Source: Perna viridis | Lineage: Eukaryota | Assembly: GCA_037379345.1 (NCBI GenBank) | Contig: CM074514.1 | Coordinates: 4,092,001-4,156,000 of the forward strand | Direction: 5' to 3' | Length of the DNA: 64,000 bases | Part shown: in pieces, positions 12,400 through 47,400 of the stretch | Layout: every line of letters starts with the position of its first letter | How positions within the stretch are numbered: position 1 is the stretch's first letter | Notes under the pieces: model-generated | Databases searched by the model: none | Seen by the model: only the letters and a program-made list of their open reading frames with translations | What the model was told of the DNA's origin: nothing | Program-made: the position numbers and the translations under genes

Positions 12400-13662
12400 T
12401 CAATAAATCAAAGAAACATTAAATAAAGTTAACAGAGAGCCTGTAAGAACACCCAATGGATCAAAGGAACATTATTAAGGTAAAAGACAGCCTGTAAGAA
12501 CACCCAATGGATCAAAGGAACATTATTAAGGTAAAAGACAGCCTGTAAGAACACCCAATGGATCAAAGGAACATTATTAAGGTAAAAGACAGCCTGTGAG
12601 AACAACCAATCGAACAAAGTAACATCAAAGGTGACAGAACCTGTGAGAACAACCTATGGATCAAAGGAACATTAAGGGTGATAGAAAGCCTGCGAAAACA
12701 ACCAATCGATCAAGGAATATTACTGTGGTAAAAGAGAGCCTGTGAGAACAACCAATGGATCAAAGTTACATCAGAGTGACTATGAGAACAAACAATCGAC
12801 CAAAGGAACATTAAAGGTGACAGAGAGCCTGTGAGAACAATCAATCGATCAAAGGGGCATCAAAGGGGCATCAAAGGTGACAGAGAACCTGTGAGAATAA
12901 CCAATAGATCAAAGGGGCATCAAAGGGGCATCAAAGGTGACAGAGAACCTGTGAGAATAACCAATAGATCAAAGGAGCATTCAAGGTAAAAGAGAGTCTG
13001 TTGGAACAACCAATGGACCAAAGGAACATCAGAGAGACTATGAGAACAACCAATAGATCAAGGAACATTATTATAGTAAAAGAGAACTTGTGAGAATAAC
13101 CAATGGATCAAAGGAAGATTCAAGATAAAAGAGAGTCTGTGAGAATAACCAATGGATCGAAGGAGTATCAAAGGTGACAGAGAACCTGTGAGAACAACCA
13201 ATCGATCAAATTAACATGAAGGGTAACAGAGAGCTTGTGAGAACAACCTCTCGATCAAAGGAACATTAAAGGTGACAGAGAGCTTGTGAGAACAACCTCT
13301 CGATCAAAGGAACATTAAAGGTGACAGAGAAACTGAGAGAACAACCAATGCATCAAAAGAACATTAAAGGTAAAAGCAAGCCTGTGAGAATAACCAATCG
13401 ATCAAGGGAACATTAAGGGTGACAGAGAGCCTACGAGAACAACCAATGGATCAAAGGAACACCAGAGACTATGAGAACAACCAAAGGATCACAAAAACAT
13501 TGTAGGAGACGGAGAGCCTGTGATCAAAGGAGAATTAAAGGTGACAGAGAGCCTTTCAGAACACGAAATCGATCAAAGGAACATTAAGGGTGAGAGAGAG
13601 CCTATGAGAACAACCAATGGATCAAAGAAACATTAAAGGTGACAGAGAGCCTGCGAGAACAG
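12400..13662. repeat. Degenerate ~47-51-bp minisatellite (GAGAGCCTGTGAGAACAACCAATGGATCAAAGGAACATTAAAGGTGACA), about 25 units
   Basis: Direct reading. Near-identical 51-bp units at about 12438-12597 produce the repetitive ORF LQAVFYLNNVPLIHWVF. Confidence 0.95.
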
Positions 13663-14129
13663 GTATACATGTAAATGTGATATGTTAATAACGTAAAGAA
13701 TTTGTGTATAGTTTCATTCTCATTTGGAAGACAAAATAGAAGATGTAGGAAGCCCACTTGGCTACTCGTCTTTTTTTATATTTTGCTACTGCCTCAAGTT
13801 TGATATCACCAACACTAGTTAGTCCATCAATTCTAATAAAAATTGCAATAACCCCCTCCTAAGGCATATTAACACATTAAAGATTTTAGTTCATTACTGA
13901 CACACCAACTAGTTTTAATAAAATATTGCACAAAATTTTGAAATTCAAATGAAGTATAAATTTCTACTCACGTGGTGCTTTCATAGATCACTTTGTACCC
14001 CATTACATCAAAAATAGTTAATAAGAGTAAATTTGCAAGCATACTTCTAAACCCATTGTAACAAGGAATAATTTACAAAAAACAATTAATTGAAATTAGA
14101 TATAAATACAATAAACTCTGTCTTCTAAA

Positions 14130-15790
14130 AAAGAGGCTCCCAGGAGCCCGAATCGCTCACCTTGTTGATTTTTTCTTTTAAAGGCAATAAATTTAAGAAG
14201 TTGTCCAACAATTCTGGCTCAAGAAGTCTTTGTTAGAATGTATCATTAGAATCATTTCAACAACTGAAAATTTCTTTTAATCTATCAAAGTTTTCAAGAT
14301 ATTGACTGAAAACTGTAGAAAAAAACTAGAAGCTCTCTTTGTCACAGGAGCCCCCGCGTTATTTGTTAGTAGTGATTTTTTTTTAGTAAATCAAATGTGT
14401 CTGCAAGACACTAATGATGCCCCTGCTTGCTTGATTTGCCAAATTAAGAACATGTTTATTTTTGTATGAAGACATGGTTTGCAGAATCAGAAATCCTTCT
14501 CATGGTCTGTTGGTTCAGCTCAATCCTTCCAATGACTTGCACTGCAATGAAAAACTGTACCAGTACCATACCTCGAACAAATTTTGGGATCATTTTGGGG
14601 ATCAGAATTTCCTAAATATATTCATATCTACATATTGTTTTCTGGCCATATAGTGTCATGAAATTCTGTTTGGCAGTGTCAGACTAGTTGTGATAAGAAA
14701 AAGAGGACTGATGGATGGACTGACAGACACAAAAAAAGCTAATACCCCCAATTACAAATCCCTAACTTTGTTGCTTGGGGTATATTTCTGACAAAAATTA
14801 CAAAAAAAGCCCAACTATCACCCAGTTTTGTAATATTTCATGAAAATCATGATCCTAAGACCTTGCACACCATCATTATGTGTAGAAACATCCTGCAAAA
14901 ATATTTCAGATGTAATTCAAAATATACAAGAGGAGATAGCTGGACAAGCAATATAGCCCTATTTCTGATGAAAATGACTAAATCTAACTATCACCAATTT
15001 CCGTAATATTTAACAAAAATCTAAATCCTATGGCCCTGCACACCTTCATCATGTGTAAAAATATCCTGTAAAATATTTTTGATGTTGTTCAAAAACTGTT
15101 CGAAAAGATGCCATGATCACGTGTAATCCAGATGGACGGACAGACAGGGATAAATTAATATGCTCTCCGACTGTTTGTTGTGGGGGCATAAAAAAACATC
15201 ATTTTTCCCCTTTCAAGGGCAATAACCTTTATTCATGAAAACTTTTGTAGTCCTAATAAAAAGGATCATTTCGACTATTGATAAAATTTGGCTTAACCTA
15301 ACGGTTTTCAAGATATATATATATATATAGGCAAAAAAACTACTGTCAAACCCCTATGTTCTATTTCTAGTCATAGTTCTATGCAGGATACCCCAAGGAA
15401 TATTCATACCAAGTTTGGTTTCAATTGGTCCAGTAGTGTCAGAGGAGAAGATTTTTCTAAGAAATGACATTAAATATGGCAAAAATTCCAACATGGCTTA
15501 ACAAATTAAAACCAGATACATTCTGAACACTTATACCTCATGTCAGAATTTAGCTAAACCTAATGAGTTAAGAGATAAATGTGAAAAACTACTGTCTGAC
15601 TCCTATGTTCTCTTTTTAGTAATGGCGGCCATGTTTTTCGACTAATCATAAAATCCCCAACTTAGTTCTATGCAGGATACCCAAAGGAACATTCATACCA
15701 AGTTTGGTTCTAATTGGTCAAGTAGTTTCACAGGAGAAGAGTTTTGTATAATTGTTAATGACGATGGACGATGATGATGGATGCCAATTG
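14130..15790 (+). mobile_element. Composite of non-autonomous Helentron-type (HINE/pearl-like) elements
   Basis: 5' end AAGAGGCTCCCAGGAGCCCGAATCGCTCACC, internal ~150-bp repeats, GGAC/GAT microsatellites. Same family as 54085-54863. Confidence 0.65.
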
Positions 15791-15949
15791 ATAAAAATGA
15801 TATTTTTGATCCCTTGTTACTAAGTCATAGTGAAAAATATTCCCATACTGATTGAAAAATGCAGGTATCGAATAAACACCTATTACCTCCTTGTATTGCA
15901 GAATGGTAAGGGCCAGTGACCCCATTTTAACTGCAAGCTTCCTCTAGCT

Positions 15950-16347
15950 AAGAGTAATCAAGGGAACCAAGGTTGTAGTGGTAATCAAAAGAATGTAATC
16001 CACTAAAACTGGGAGCAAGGACCAGGTGCACCGGTAGGGTAAGCGTCCTCTGCTTTTCTAGAAACACCCGCCGAGTTGCTCATAAAAAATCAAGTCCGGG
16101 GTAGACAAACGAGGAAAGGAAAACTATGACCCGTTGAATAAATAAGTTTTCATGGTGCTGATGGATACACCATAACGATCCACGAGTTCATGATGACGAC
16201 CATAAAACTTCTGTAGTGATGACTTCAATCTTGTAGCAACATAACCCTGTTCCAGAAGCCTATTTGTTAGAGTTCTAGCATGATACAAAAAGTCTGCATA
16301 GTTTTTTGCAAGCTCTGGCATTACGTATGAGTTGTGATATGAACACT
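15950..16347 (-). mobile_element. Penelope-like retroelement 3' fragment, copy B
   Basis: ORF 16124-16321 reads YADFLYHARTLTNRLLEQGYVATRLKSSLQKFYGRHHELVDRYGVSI. Terminus CCTTGGTTCCCTTGATTACTCTT is shared with the other copies. Confidence 0.75.
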
Positions 16348-18519
16348 CTAAAAGTCACAATATTTTAAAACTTCGTGACATTTGGTTAACAACAAAAAAA
16401 GTTATTTCACGCAAAACAAAAAAGTTAATGACGAGGACAACAACAATGAAGACAGCATCAAAACACAATACATGTAGGACCCCTTTTTTGCCTCATATAA
16501 AAACATAAGAGAACAGTGTCTATTGAAGACGGCTTAACCTACTAATATGTACAAGATTAATGAGTAAACAACAAACAAGTAACCAACACCTTTAATAAGC
16601 AGTATTTACAGCAGAATTCATCTACAATATTTTTTTTTTTTTTGGAACATATTTAATTTTTTTCTATTATTTTTTCACATGCACATTTATATACTAATTA
16701 GGCAGTAAATTAGTCCAAACAGTAGCATATAAATAATCTCATAAAATTAAGTACAATGTTAGTTTAGCAGGAGATTAAATGTTATGATATGTGCTCAAAC
16801 TATTGATCTAAGGAATATGAAACTTGAATAAAAACAGGTTTGAAGTGTTCATTTAATGGACAAAAAAAAAAAAACACAACATTAAAATAAACCCTCACAA
16901 GCCATAAAATTGTTTCTGTAAAATTTTCAATATATTTATAATGGTGGTGTACAAGATGGTATAAATCACTTATTACACACACAGATAATTTGAATGTTAC
17001 ACTGGAGTTTTTTACAATAAAGAAAAAATATACATGTAGTTACAAATTTTTAAACAGTGGCAAGTGGAAATCTATCTATATAAAATACTTTTAATATCTG
17101 ATAATGCACTGTATAAGATTTCTAGAATAATTCCAACTCTCTAAAATAGTAAGAATTATAAACATAGGCTAATATTTCTTTCAGTTTAAAAGGGGGATAA
17201 ATCAAACAAAATCTGATCAGAAAATATACATGTCATCATTTACATGTACACAATTAACTCCTATAAAATCAAAACAATCAGAAAAAATTATTTAAAGATC
17301 TTTCAATGAAACAAGTGGGATATCCCTTATAAACAATTAAAATCCGATATTATGCACGATTGTAAATTTGTTTCAAAGACACCAATGGATGAAGATATTT
17401 GGTGTCTGTAGGAGTTAATATATATGTCTATAGGCGATCAGATTTTGTTTAGGTGAGTTGGTTATAAATTTATATCAAAATTTAAACAATCACAAAAAGA
17501 CAACAAAAACAAATATTACAGAAGTAATTAATGCCCAAAAAACTCTGATTTATCACCAGAGAAGTTTGTGATGGTACACTTAACAAAAGCTGGTTACAAA
17601 ATGTTCATCAATAAAATAAAAATAAAGAGAAAAAAAATTATCTGTAAAGTCCTACATTTCCACCTTAGACTATAAATAAAACTGATGAAATGAAGGATAT
17701 TACAGAAACATTAACTTATGTACACATAATATACAAAATATATCTAACTGGTCATCATGACCTGTTGATGGCATTACTCATAGATGAGGAAATTTTACAC
17801 ACAAGTGATACACGATTGCTAGTGTTTGCACAACATACTAGACAGAAATAGATCTTATGCCATACACACTTTGTGTATCTAGTTTCCAGTAGGTGTAACA
17901 ACAAAAACCAAAACAGAAGTTGAACAAGTTTGGAGGTGACATTGCTAGACTGAGGTAAAATCATGGTAACTCCAGGTTAACACAATATAATTCAATGATG
18001 GACAGTTTTAACATAATGTGTCTTAAAATCTGACTTTCCATATTACAGTATAAAAGTTCTTAAAACTGATTCATGTTTTAATTTAGTTGTAGAACTCTGA
18101 CACTTTAACAATTGTGTTTAGTAATTTTTTTTTGCACAAAAAATGTATTATTATAGTCTTCAATGGCATAATTAACTCCATGAACTTTCAATAGATACTG
18201 AAGTAATACCTAGAAAAATCAATCTTGTCCTTACTTGTGCAAAAAAAATTGTTTTGATAAAAGTTGTTACAATGTGAAATCTATGTGGCTTATTACAATC
18301 CTTCTAAAATATTCCTCACAGTTTTATTACACATATAAAGTATCTTCTCCATTTATGTTCCACTGTGAAAAGCATGAACTAACTCTCATTTAAATAGACC
18401 CTCCGGCCGGGCCCTGAGATTTCAGCTTTTCTATGTGACGACTCTCTCTTCACCTTCCGCTGGTTCTCTGCGAGAGAGGTTTACGAGGACTTATTCCCTG
18501 TTGACATTTGGTAACAGAT

Positions 18520-41019
<22,500 letters not shown>

Positions 41020-41063
41020 CTAAATAGTTAAAACAACACCTCATGGAAAACTCTGCAAATAAA

Positions 41064-42021
41064 TGAATGAAGAGATGTTAACTTTGGTTGTTTAAGTAAG
41101 CTGATCTTGAATGAAGAGATGTTAACTTTGGCTGTTTGAGTAAGCTGATCTTGAATGAAGAGATGTTAACTTTGGCTGTTTGAGTAAACTGATCTTGAAT
41201 GAAGAGATGTTAACTTTGGCTGTTTGAGTAAACTGATCTTGAATGAAGAGATGTTAACTTTGGTCGTTTGAGTTAGCTGATCTTGAATGAAGAGATGTTA
41301 ACTTTGGTCGTTTGAGTAAGCTGATCTTGAATGAAGAGATGTTAACTTTGGCCGTTTGAGTAAGCTGATCTTGAATGAAGAGATGTTAACTTTGGCCGTT
41401 TGAGTAAGCTGATCTTGAATGAAGAGATGTTAACTTTGGCCGTTTGAGTATCTGATCTTGAATGAAGAGATGTTAACTTTGGCCGTTTAAGTAAGCTGAT
41501 CTTGAATGAAGAGATGTTAACTTTGGCCGTTTAAGTAAGCTGATCTTGAATGAAGAGATGTTAACTTTGGCCGTTTAAGTAAGCTGATCTTGAATGAAGA
41601 GATGTTAACTTTGGCCGTTTGAGTAAGCTGATCTTGAATGAAGAGATGTTAACTTTGGCCGTTTGAGTAAGCTGATCTTGAATGAAGAGATGTTCACTTT
41701 GGCCGTTTGAGTATCTGATCTTGAATGAAGAGATGTTCACTTTGGCCGTTTAAGTAAGCTGATCTTGAATGAAGAGATGTTCACTTTGGCCGTTTAAGTA
41801 AGCTGATCTTGAATGAAGAGATGTTAACTTTGGCCGTTTAAGTAAGCTGATCTTGAATGAAGAGATGTTAACTTTGGCCGTTTGAGTAAGCTGATCTTGA
41901 ATGAAGAGATGTTAACTTTGGCCGTTTGAGTAAGCTGATCTTGAATGAAGAGATGTTAACTTTGATTGTTTAAGTAAGCTGATCTTGAATGAAGAGATGT
42001 TAACTTTGATTGTTTAAGCTG
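41064..42021. repeat. Homogeneous 44-bp minisatellite, about 22 copies (TGAATGAAGAGATGTTAACTTTGGCCGTTTGAGTAAGCTGATCT)
   Basis: Direct head-to-tail repeats with few variants and no spacers. Confidence 0.97.
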
Positions 42022-44459
42022 CTGACACAACCAATGTAACAATCAAATACATTATAAATCAAATCAAAACATGACAATAAAGTGTCTATATCTGAAGATA
42101 CATGAGCTCAGTTAACAAGTGTCATATTTGCTCATGGAGCTATAACAGAATACAGGAAACACTGAGATACAGATTGGGCAACCTTGTTAGTTAATGTAAA
42201 TCTCATACATGCTGGCACTAGAAAAATCTTATTGGGGGTTGTTGCACAAAATGACATAACAACGGACAATACTCCAACATTTATTGTCAAAAGTATGGTT
42301 GAAACTGGATTAAAGTAAAGTATCTTACCAGTTGATAAAGTGTTTCAAGTGCATGTTAAGTTTGTATACCCCTTTTTGTGATGATTTACTGCAAACATAA
42401 TTATAATACTGAAAAGTTTAAATCCAGGAATCACATACCTGAACAATTAAAATTACTTCATCGTTTTCCAACATTCTGATTATTTATGAGAAAACAGGTC
42501 TTACTTTCATGAAAAGTAGAAACACTGATACAGAAACCATAGTTTATTTTTGGCAGCCATCATGTTAGATTAAATGGAAAGTTTGTCTTTCGTAAAAGCT
42601 CTTTGCCATGTTTGTTCAAAATTGATGAAGGGGTATAATGTAATTGAGCAAAATGTGAAAAGTTGACATACTACCAATAAGCACACACAGAACTTAGCCA
42701 GGTTAACAAAATGTTAAAGCAAGATTTACTGTATTCATTTCCTGAGAAGAAAACAACTAACTGAGTTACTGAATAAAATCATGGTCTTTACTTCCATCAT
42801 TTTTGAACTCATTAAGAAGGGTTTGTGTTTGTAATTTTTCAATTAAGAAAAGCCATCCTTGGGTGAATTCCTGATTAGCAAGAAAATCATTGAGATGAGA
42901 CACTTTAAACAATTGATAGTTCAGGTAACATGGCATAACATTACCATATAGTTAAACCTTAGGTTCACTAGAATCATGATAAAAATGTTCTGGCTGTGGT
43001 CAAAAACTTTTGTTATTTTAAACTGGTTTCATTTTGTTGTGAATTATACATTTAACTTGCCTTTTGCAACACAGATGTAAATTTATGATGTGATTGTTAA
43101 CATTACTTAAAAATTAAAATTTGTAATGAAGAATGCTTCTATTTAGGCCCTATTTAAAAAAGCATAGAAAAAAATCTGACTAATACACCCTATCTGAAGT
43201 AGCACAGAACTAAGTCTGACTACTACACATTATAGTTGAGGCCCTATTTGAAGTAGCACAGACCTTCAACTACTACAACTACAGTTTAGTTTTCATATAC
43301 ATTTAAAGCAAAAAATTTAATAAACAATTAAGGATTATTTACAATAGAACTTTACTTTAAGAGCCACCTGGAAAGAACAAAAGGTTATAGCCCAGACACA
43401 AATTTGTATGCAAAAATCATTAGTTTGAAGCTTGAAGTCAAAGTTCACCAACCATGATACATGACATATCCTGTTGACCTGATCTACCATCGTGCCAAAT
43501 ATCAGATGCCTTCACCAGAAGAAAACGAAGTTACAGCCAGAATATGAATCTATATTGCAAAATCATTAGTACAACCTTCAGGTCCAAGATCATATAGCAT
43601 GGTTTGCAATACATTGAGCTGATCTACCCTCATGCCAAATACCAAAAACCTACACCAAAAGAAGCAATGTTACAGGAAGAACATACTATAGATGTGATTG
43701 AAGTAAACAGGAGATACTTGCAAGTTTGCTAAGTAGATATTAATTCCACTTGCTAAAATTTGGTAATGGAATTTGATATGCATCAAAAGGTTAGTTCAGA
43801 AATAACCCAAGAAAAATCGAATTTTTAGTTCTTGCATAGTTTTGTTAGTAGAAAAAATTCTTAAACTCAATATCTGTATTGGGCATCTACCACATAGAGG
43901 CAACTTCTAATTAGTTTTAACTGATCTGGACAACAATAACAGGCCACATGGGTCATGTGAACCAGAGGTTATACGTGACTTTAACCAGAAATAAAACCTA
44001 TATTGTTTCAGGCAGTCTTAAATATTAATCTGATCTCAACTGAGCATGTTATTCCCAATAACAATTATTACCATGGAAAATATGTGCGAATAGAAATAAA
44101 TTTCCTGAACTTAAACAGTGATACCTGATGTTTCTCCACAACTACAACCTCTAATTAGATGTAAACTGGAGCTTGACATGCAATTTATGATTGTCTGTAA
44201 ATATGAACTTTCCTTTTAAATTCATCTATTGTTTCAATACATAATACCAAGGGAATAGTAACCTCTAAACTACCACTTTCTACCATCATTAGAATACCTA
44301 ATTGTACAATCTCATTACTATAAGATTAATTGGCTGTCAGTTCGATACCATGGAAGAAACAAGCCTATGACAATCTCTGAGCTATTTCTTATGCTTAGTT
44401 TTCAATAATTATTTTTAATGAAGCTGGACACAACCACAAACAGGTATCAGATTCTGAAA

Positions 44460-45205
44460 TACTGTATAGCAGGTAATTTTCACGATTTGCTATATGAATA
44501 GGGATATAAATTTTTGCTATCTTTATTATTTGCATCTTTATATTTAGTGGAATGGATATTATATGCAATATAATCTGGACTTAAATTTGGTGAGCCCTGT
44601 GCTGGTCCGGGTGTCAAAAGAATAGCCCTGCAGCAGCGCTAAGGTTGTCGTAAAATTGCAACTAAATAGTGCTCAGAAACCTAGCCAAGGGCTAGGCGCT
44701 CTGCCCACAGAGCAACTGGGATGTGTGCCCCAGGTGGTGGAATGGGGTACCCCTGGCATGTTATATGCTGGGGTTGTCAGGCTATAATACGGAAAACCTG
44801 ATGGCAAACCATAGTGGTGCAACGTGTTGGGAAAGATGTCACAATCCTCGCGCTTGAAAGAACCCTGCTGTGGTATTCGATAGGAGTAGGAACCTTTGCG
44901 CTCCGCCACAGGAGGCTAATTTGCCCGACCTTACCCATCCCCCTTTTTCTAGTGGCAATCAAAATTCGTCGACCCTATTATCCTTGTGTCCCATCCTTTT
45001 TTTTTCATTTCATCATCATTTCATTTTCATTTTATCATCCACTTCATGTTCATCGTCTGAATATAGCTGAGATACCAGTATTGCTGCTTGAATGTTAAAC
45101 CCCAACAAACAAACAAAACATAAATTTGGTGAGCTTTCACTTTCACATTTCCAAAACCTCGCAAATATAGTGAAATTTAAAACCTCATTAAAATTTACCA
45201 CTATG
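44460..45205. mobile_element. TACTGT-type MITE interrupted by the SINE-like insertion
   Basis: Begins TACTGTATAGCAGGTAATTTT and ends AAATTTACCACTATGCA (degenerate inverted end). Confidence 0.45.
44594..45120 (+). mobile_element. SINE-like non-autonomous retroposon, copy 1, with target-site duplication
   Basis: TSD TAAATTTGGTGA at 44582-44593 and 45121-45132. Tail ATATAGCTGA...GTTAAACCCCAA(CAAA)n. Collinear with 46880-47400. Confidence 0.88.
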
Positions 45206-46879
45206 CATCCTTATAAAGTCTTAATTTTAATATGTTTATTGATATGCTGAAAAGATTTTTTTTATAGATGTTGCAGTAGTACAAAGGTAAGGCACTATTT
45301 TTATTTGTGGGCAGATGCCTTTGTATGACAAAAATCAAATAACAATAACGGCATTCAATTACTTTACATGACAACAATATGTAAGAAAAAGTATCCAGTT
45401 ATTTTCTAAGAAACCTGTTACTGAAACATATCATTAACAGCTAGCAATGACGTAAACTAGCTATGAAATATCACATCTCCAGACTGACTTTACACTAGAT
45501 GTTTACAAAACTCAAGTACTTCTCTGTTCAAGAATCAGGCAAAATGTGTACTAAGTGTGACACTTAATAAAAAAAATGCAGAGATTTTATGCCATTATCC
45601 AAGTCTTTCTATCTCCTAATACCCGGAAACAACCATCAAACTGTTCCTGAAATTTGCCTATTTAAGGCATTGATAGTTCAAATTTAGTTTAAATGCAATA
45701 CAGTAAAATGGTGAAAAAATTTCTCCTATACAAGTGGTAAAAAATATTCATGTCATAGATGCTTCAGCATTAATTTAAATAATTTTGCAATGGTTTGTAG
45801 ATGTACTGAATGTATTAAAGGCATAAAAGACCAAATTGAGAAAAATGATGCACCACCCATATAACCTTTGCTATAAATTGAAAATTTCAGCATTTGGCTG
45901 ATTAACTCAGTCTTAAAGACCACCATCCTCTTGGTAGACTAACACATCTCTTACAAATATAATGACAAATAATTTGCTAGAAGTACATATGTCACTTATA
46001 ATGTTACATTTGTATGTAATCAGTAATATCCTGAAAAATCTTCCTATGGAAGTGTTGAAGTAACAAATCAAAGCAAATATCAAAGTTCTTCTTTCCATAG
46101 TTACTTAGCCGGTTGATAAAATGTTCTGCAGGGCACAGCTTGACAAACCTTAAATAGTTGGGCAAATATGAACAAACATTCAAGTTGGCTTTTAATATCT
46201 CTGAGTTTGGATTGTGAATAAATGTTTTGCTAATTTTTAATCCATTTTCTTACTTTCTGATCAGTGTGAGTCTCTAGAGAGATTTGAGTTGTCTGGTGCT
46301 GATTGGCAGACAAAGAAAAAGGGCAAATGGTTACTGTGTGATTGTATCGCATAGTCTATAAAATCTCATTGGTTGAAATCAATGTTGTCATGTTTCTAAC
46401 ACTTTCCCTGTAACAACTGTTGATGTCATGGACAGGTGAAAGCTAGTATTAGTGGACACATAATTCATATTGGACACAATCATTATGGTAACAGACTAAG
46501 CTCTTTGGACACACTTTTACTGCCATTTCTAGAACATCACACTCCAAATTACAATCAGTACTATTTTTTGTTGTTGTTGATAACAAAATGACAATATGAC
46601 TGCAAATTTAAATATAAATTTCTGACAATATACACATCCCATCCCAACAAGGTAATTTAACACCCTATTAAGTTTCATACTAATCCTGCAAGTTGTTGAG
46701 GAGGAATTGTGGACGATGCATGAGACCAAATTTTGTTTGCATGGGGTATAATAAAAGGACTTAAACCATTACCAACGTCTTGTAGCAATTTATGGCAGAA
46801 AAGTCTGAAAACAGGAAAGAGTAGTTGAACAAGTATGGCCATAAAATTGAAACTATACAAGCAATTTATGTAAATTTGA

Positions 46880-47400
46880 TTGATTGATTGATTGTTGGGG
46901 TTTAACGTCCAAGCAGCAATATTTCAGCTATATTCAGACGATGAGCAGGAAATGGATGATAAAATGAACATGAAATGATGATGAAATGAAAAAAGGGATG
47001 GGACACAAGGACAGTGGGGTCCACAAATTTTGATTGCCACTAGAAAAAGGGAGGGACGGGTAAGGTCGGGCAATTTAGCATCCTGTGGCGGAGCCCTATG
47101 GTTCCTACTCCGGGAGAATACCACAGTAGGGTTCTTTAACGTGCGATGAACGTGACATCTTTCCCAACACGGTGCACCACTATGGTTTGCGGTCAGGTTT
47201 TCCGTATTATAGCCTGACAACCCCAGCATGAAACACGCCAGGGGTACTCCATTCCACCACCTGGGGTACACATCCCAGTTGCTCTGTGGGCAGAGCGCCC
47301 TAGCCCCCGGCTAGGGTTCTGAGCACTATTTAGTCGCCTTTTACGACAAGCTTAGCGCTGCTGCAGGCCTATTCTTTTAACAACCGGACCAGCACAGGGC
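46880..47400 (-). mobile_element. SINE-like non-autonomous retroposon, copy 2 (inverted relative to copy 1)
   Basis: TSD TGTAAA(T/A)TTGA at 46869-46879 and 47401-47411. (AATC)n tail. Central GCACGTTAAAGAACCC motif of the kind seen in Meta/Deu-domain SINEs. Confidence 0.88.

Noticed and set aside
12429-12617. Repetitive ORF LQAVFYLNNVPLIHWVF
   Set aside because: Translation of a 51-bp minisatellite.
41064-42021. CRISPR-like regular repeats (also 35782-36390, 48686-48971, 52130-53225)
   Set aside because: Head-to-tail units without unique spacers, no cas genes, and a eukaryotic intron context.
44673-47271. ORFs of 60-115 aa within the SINE-like copies
   Set aside because: Frames are not conserved between the two copies; GC-rich non-coding repeat.
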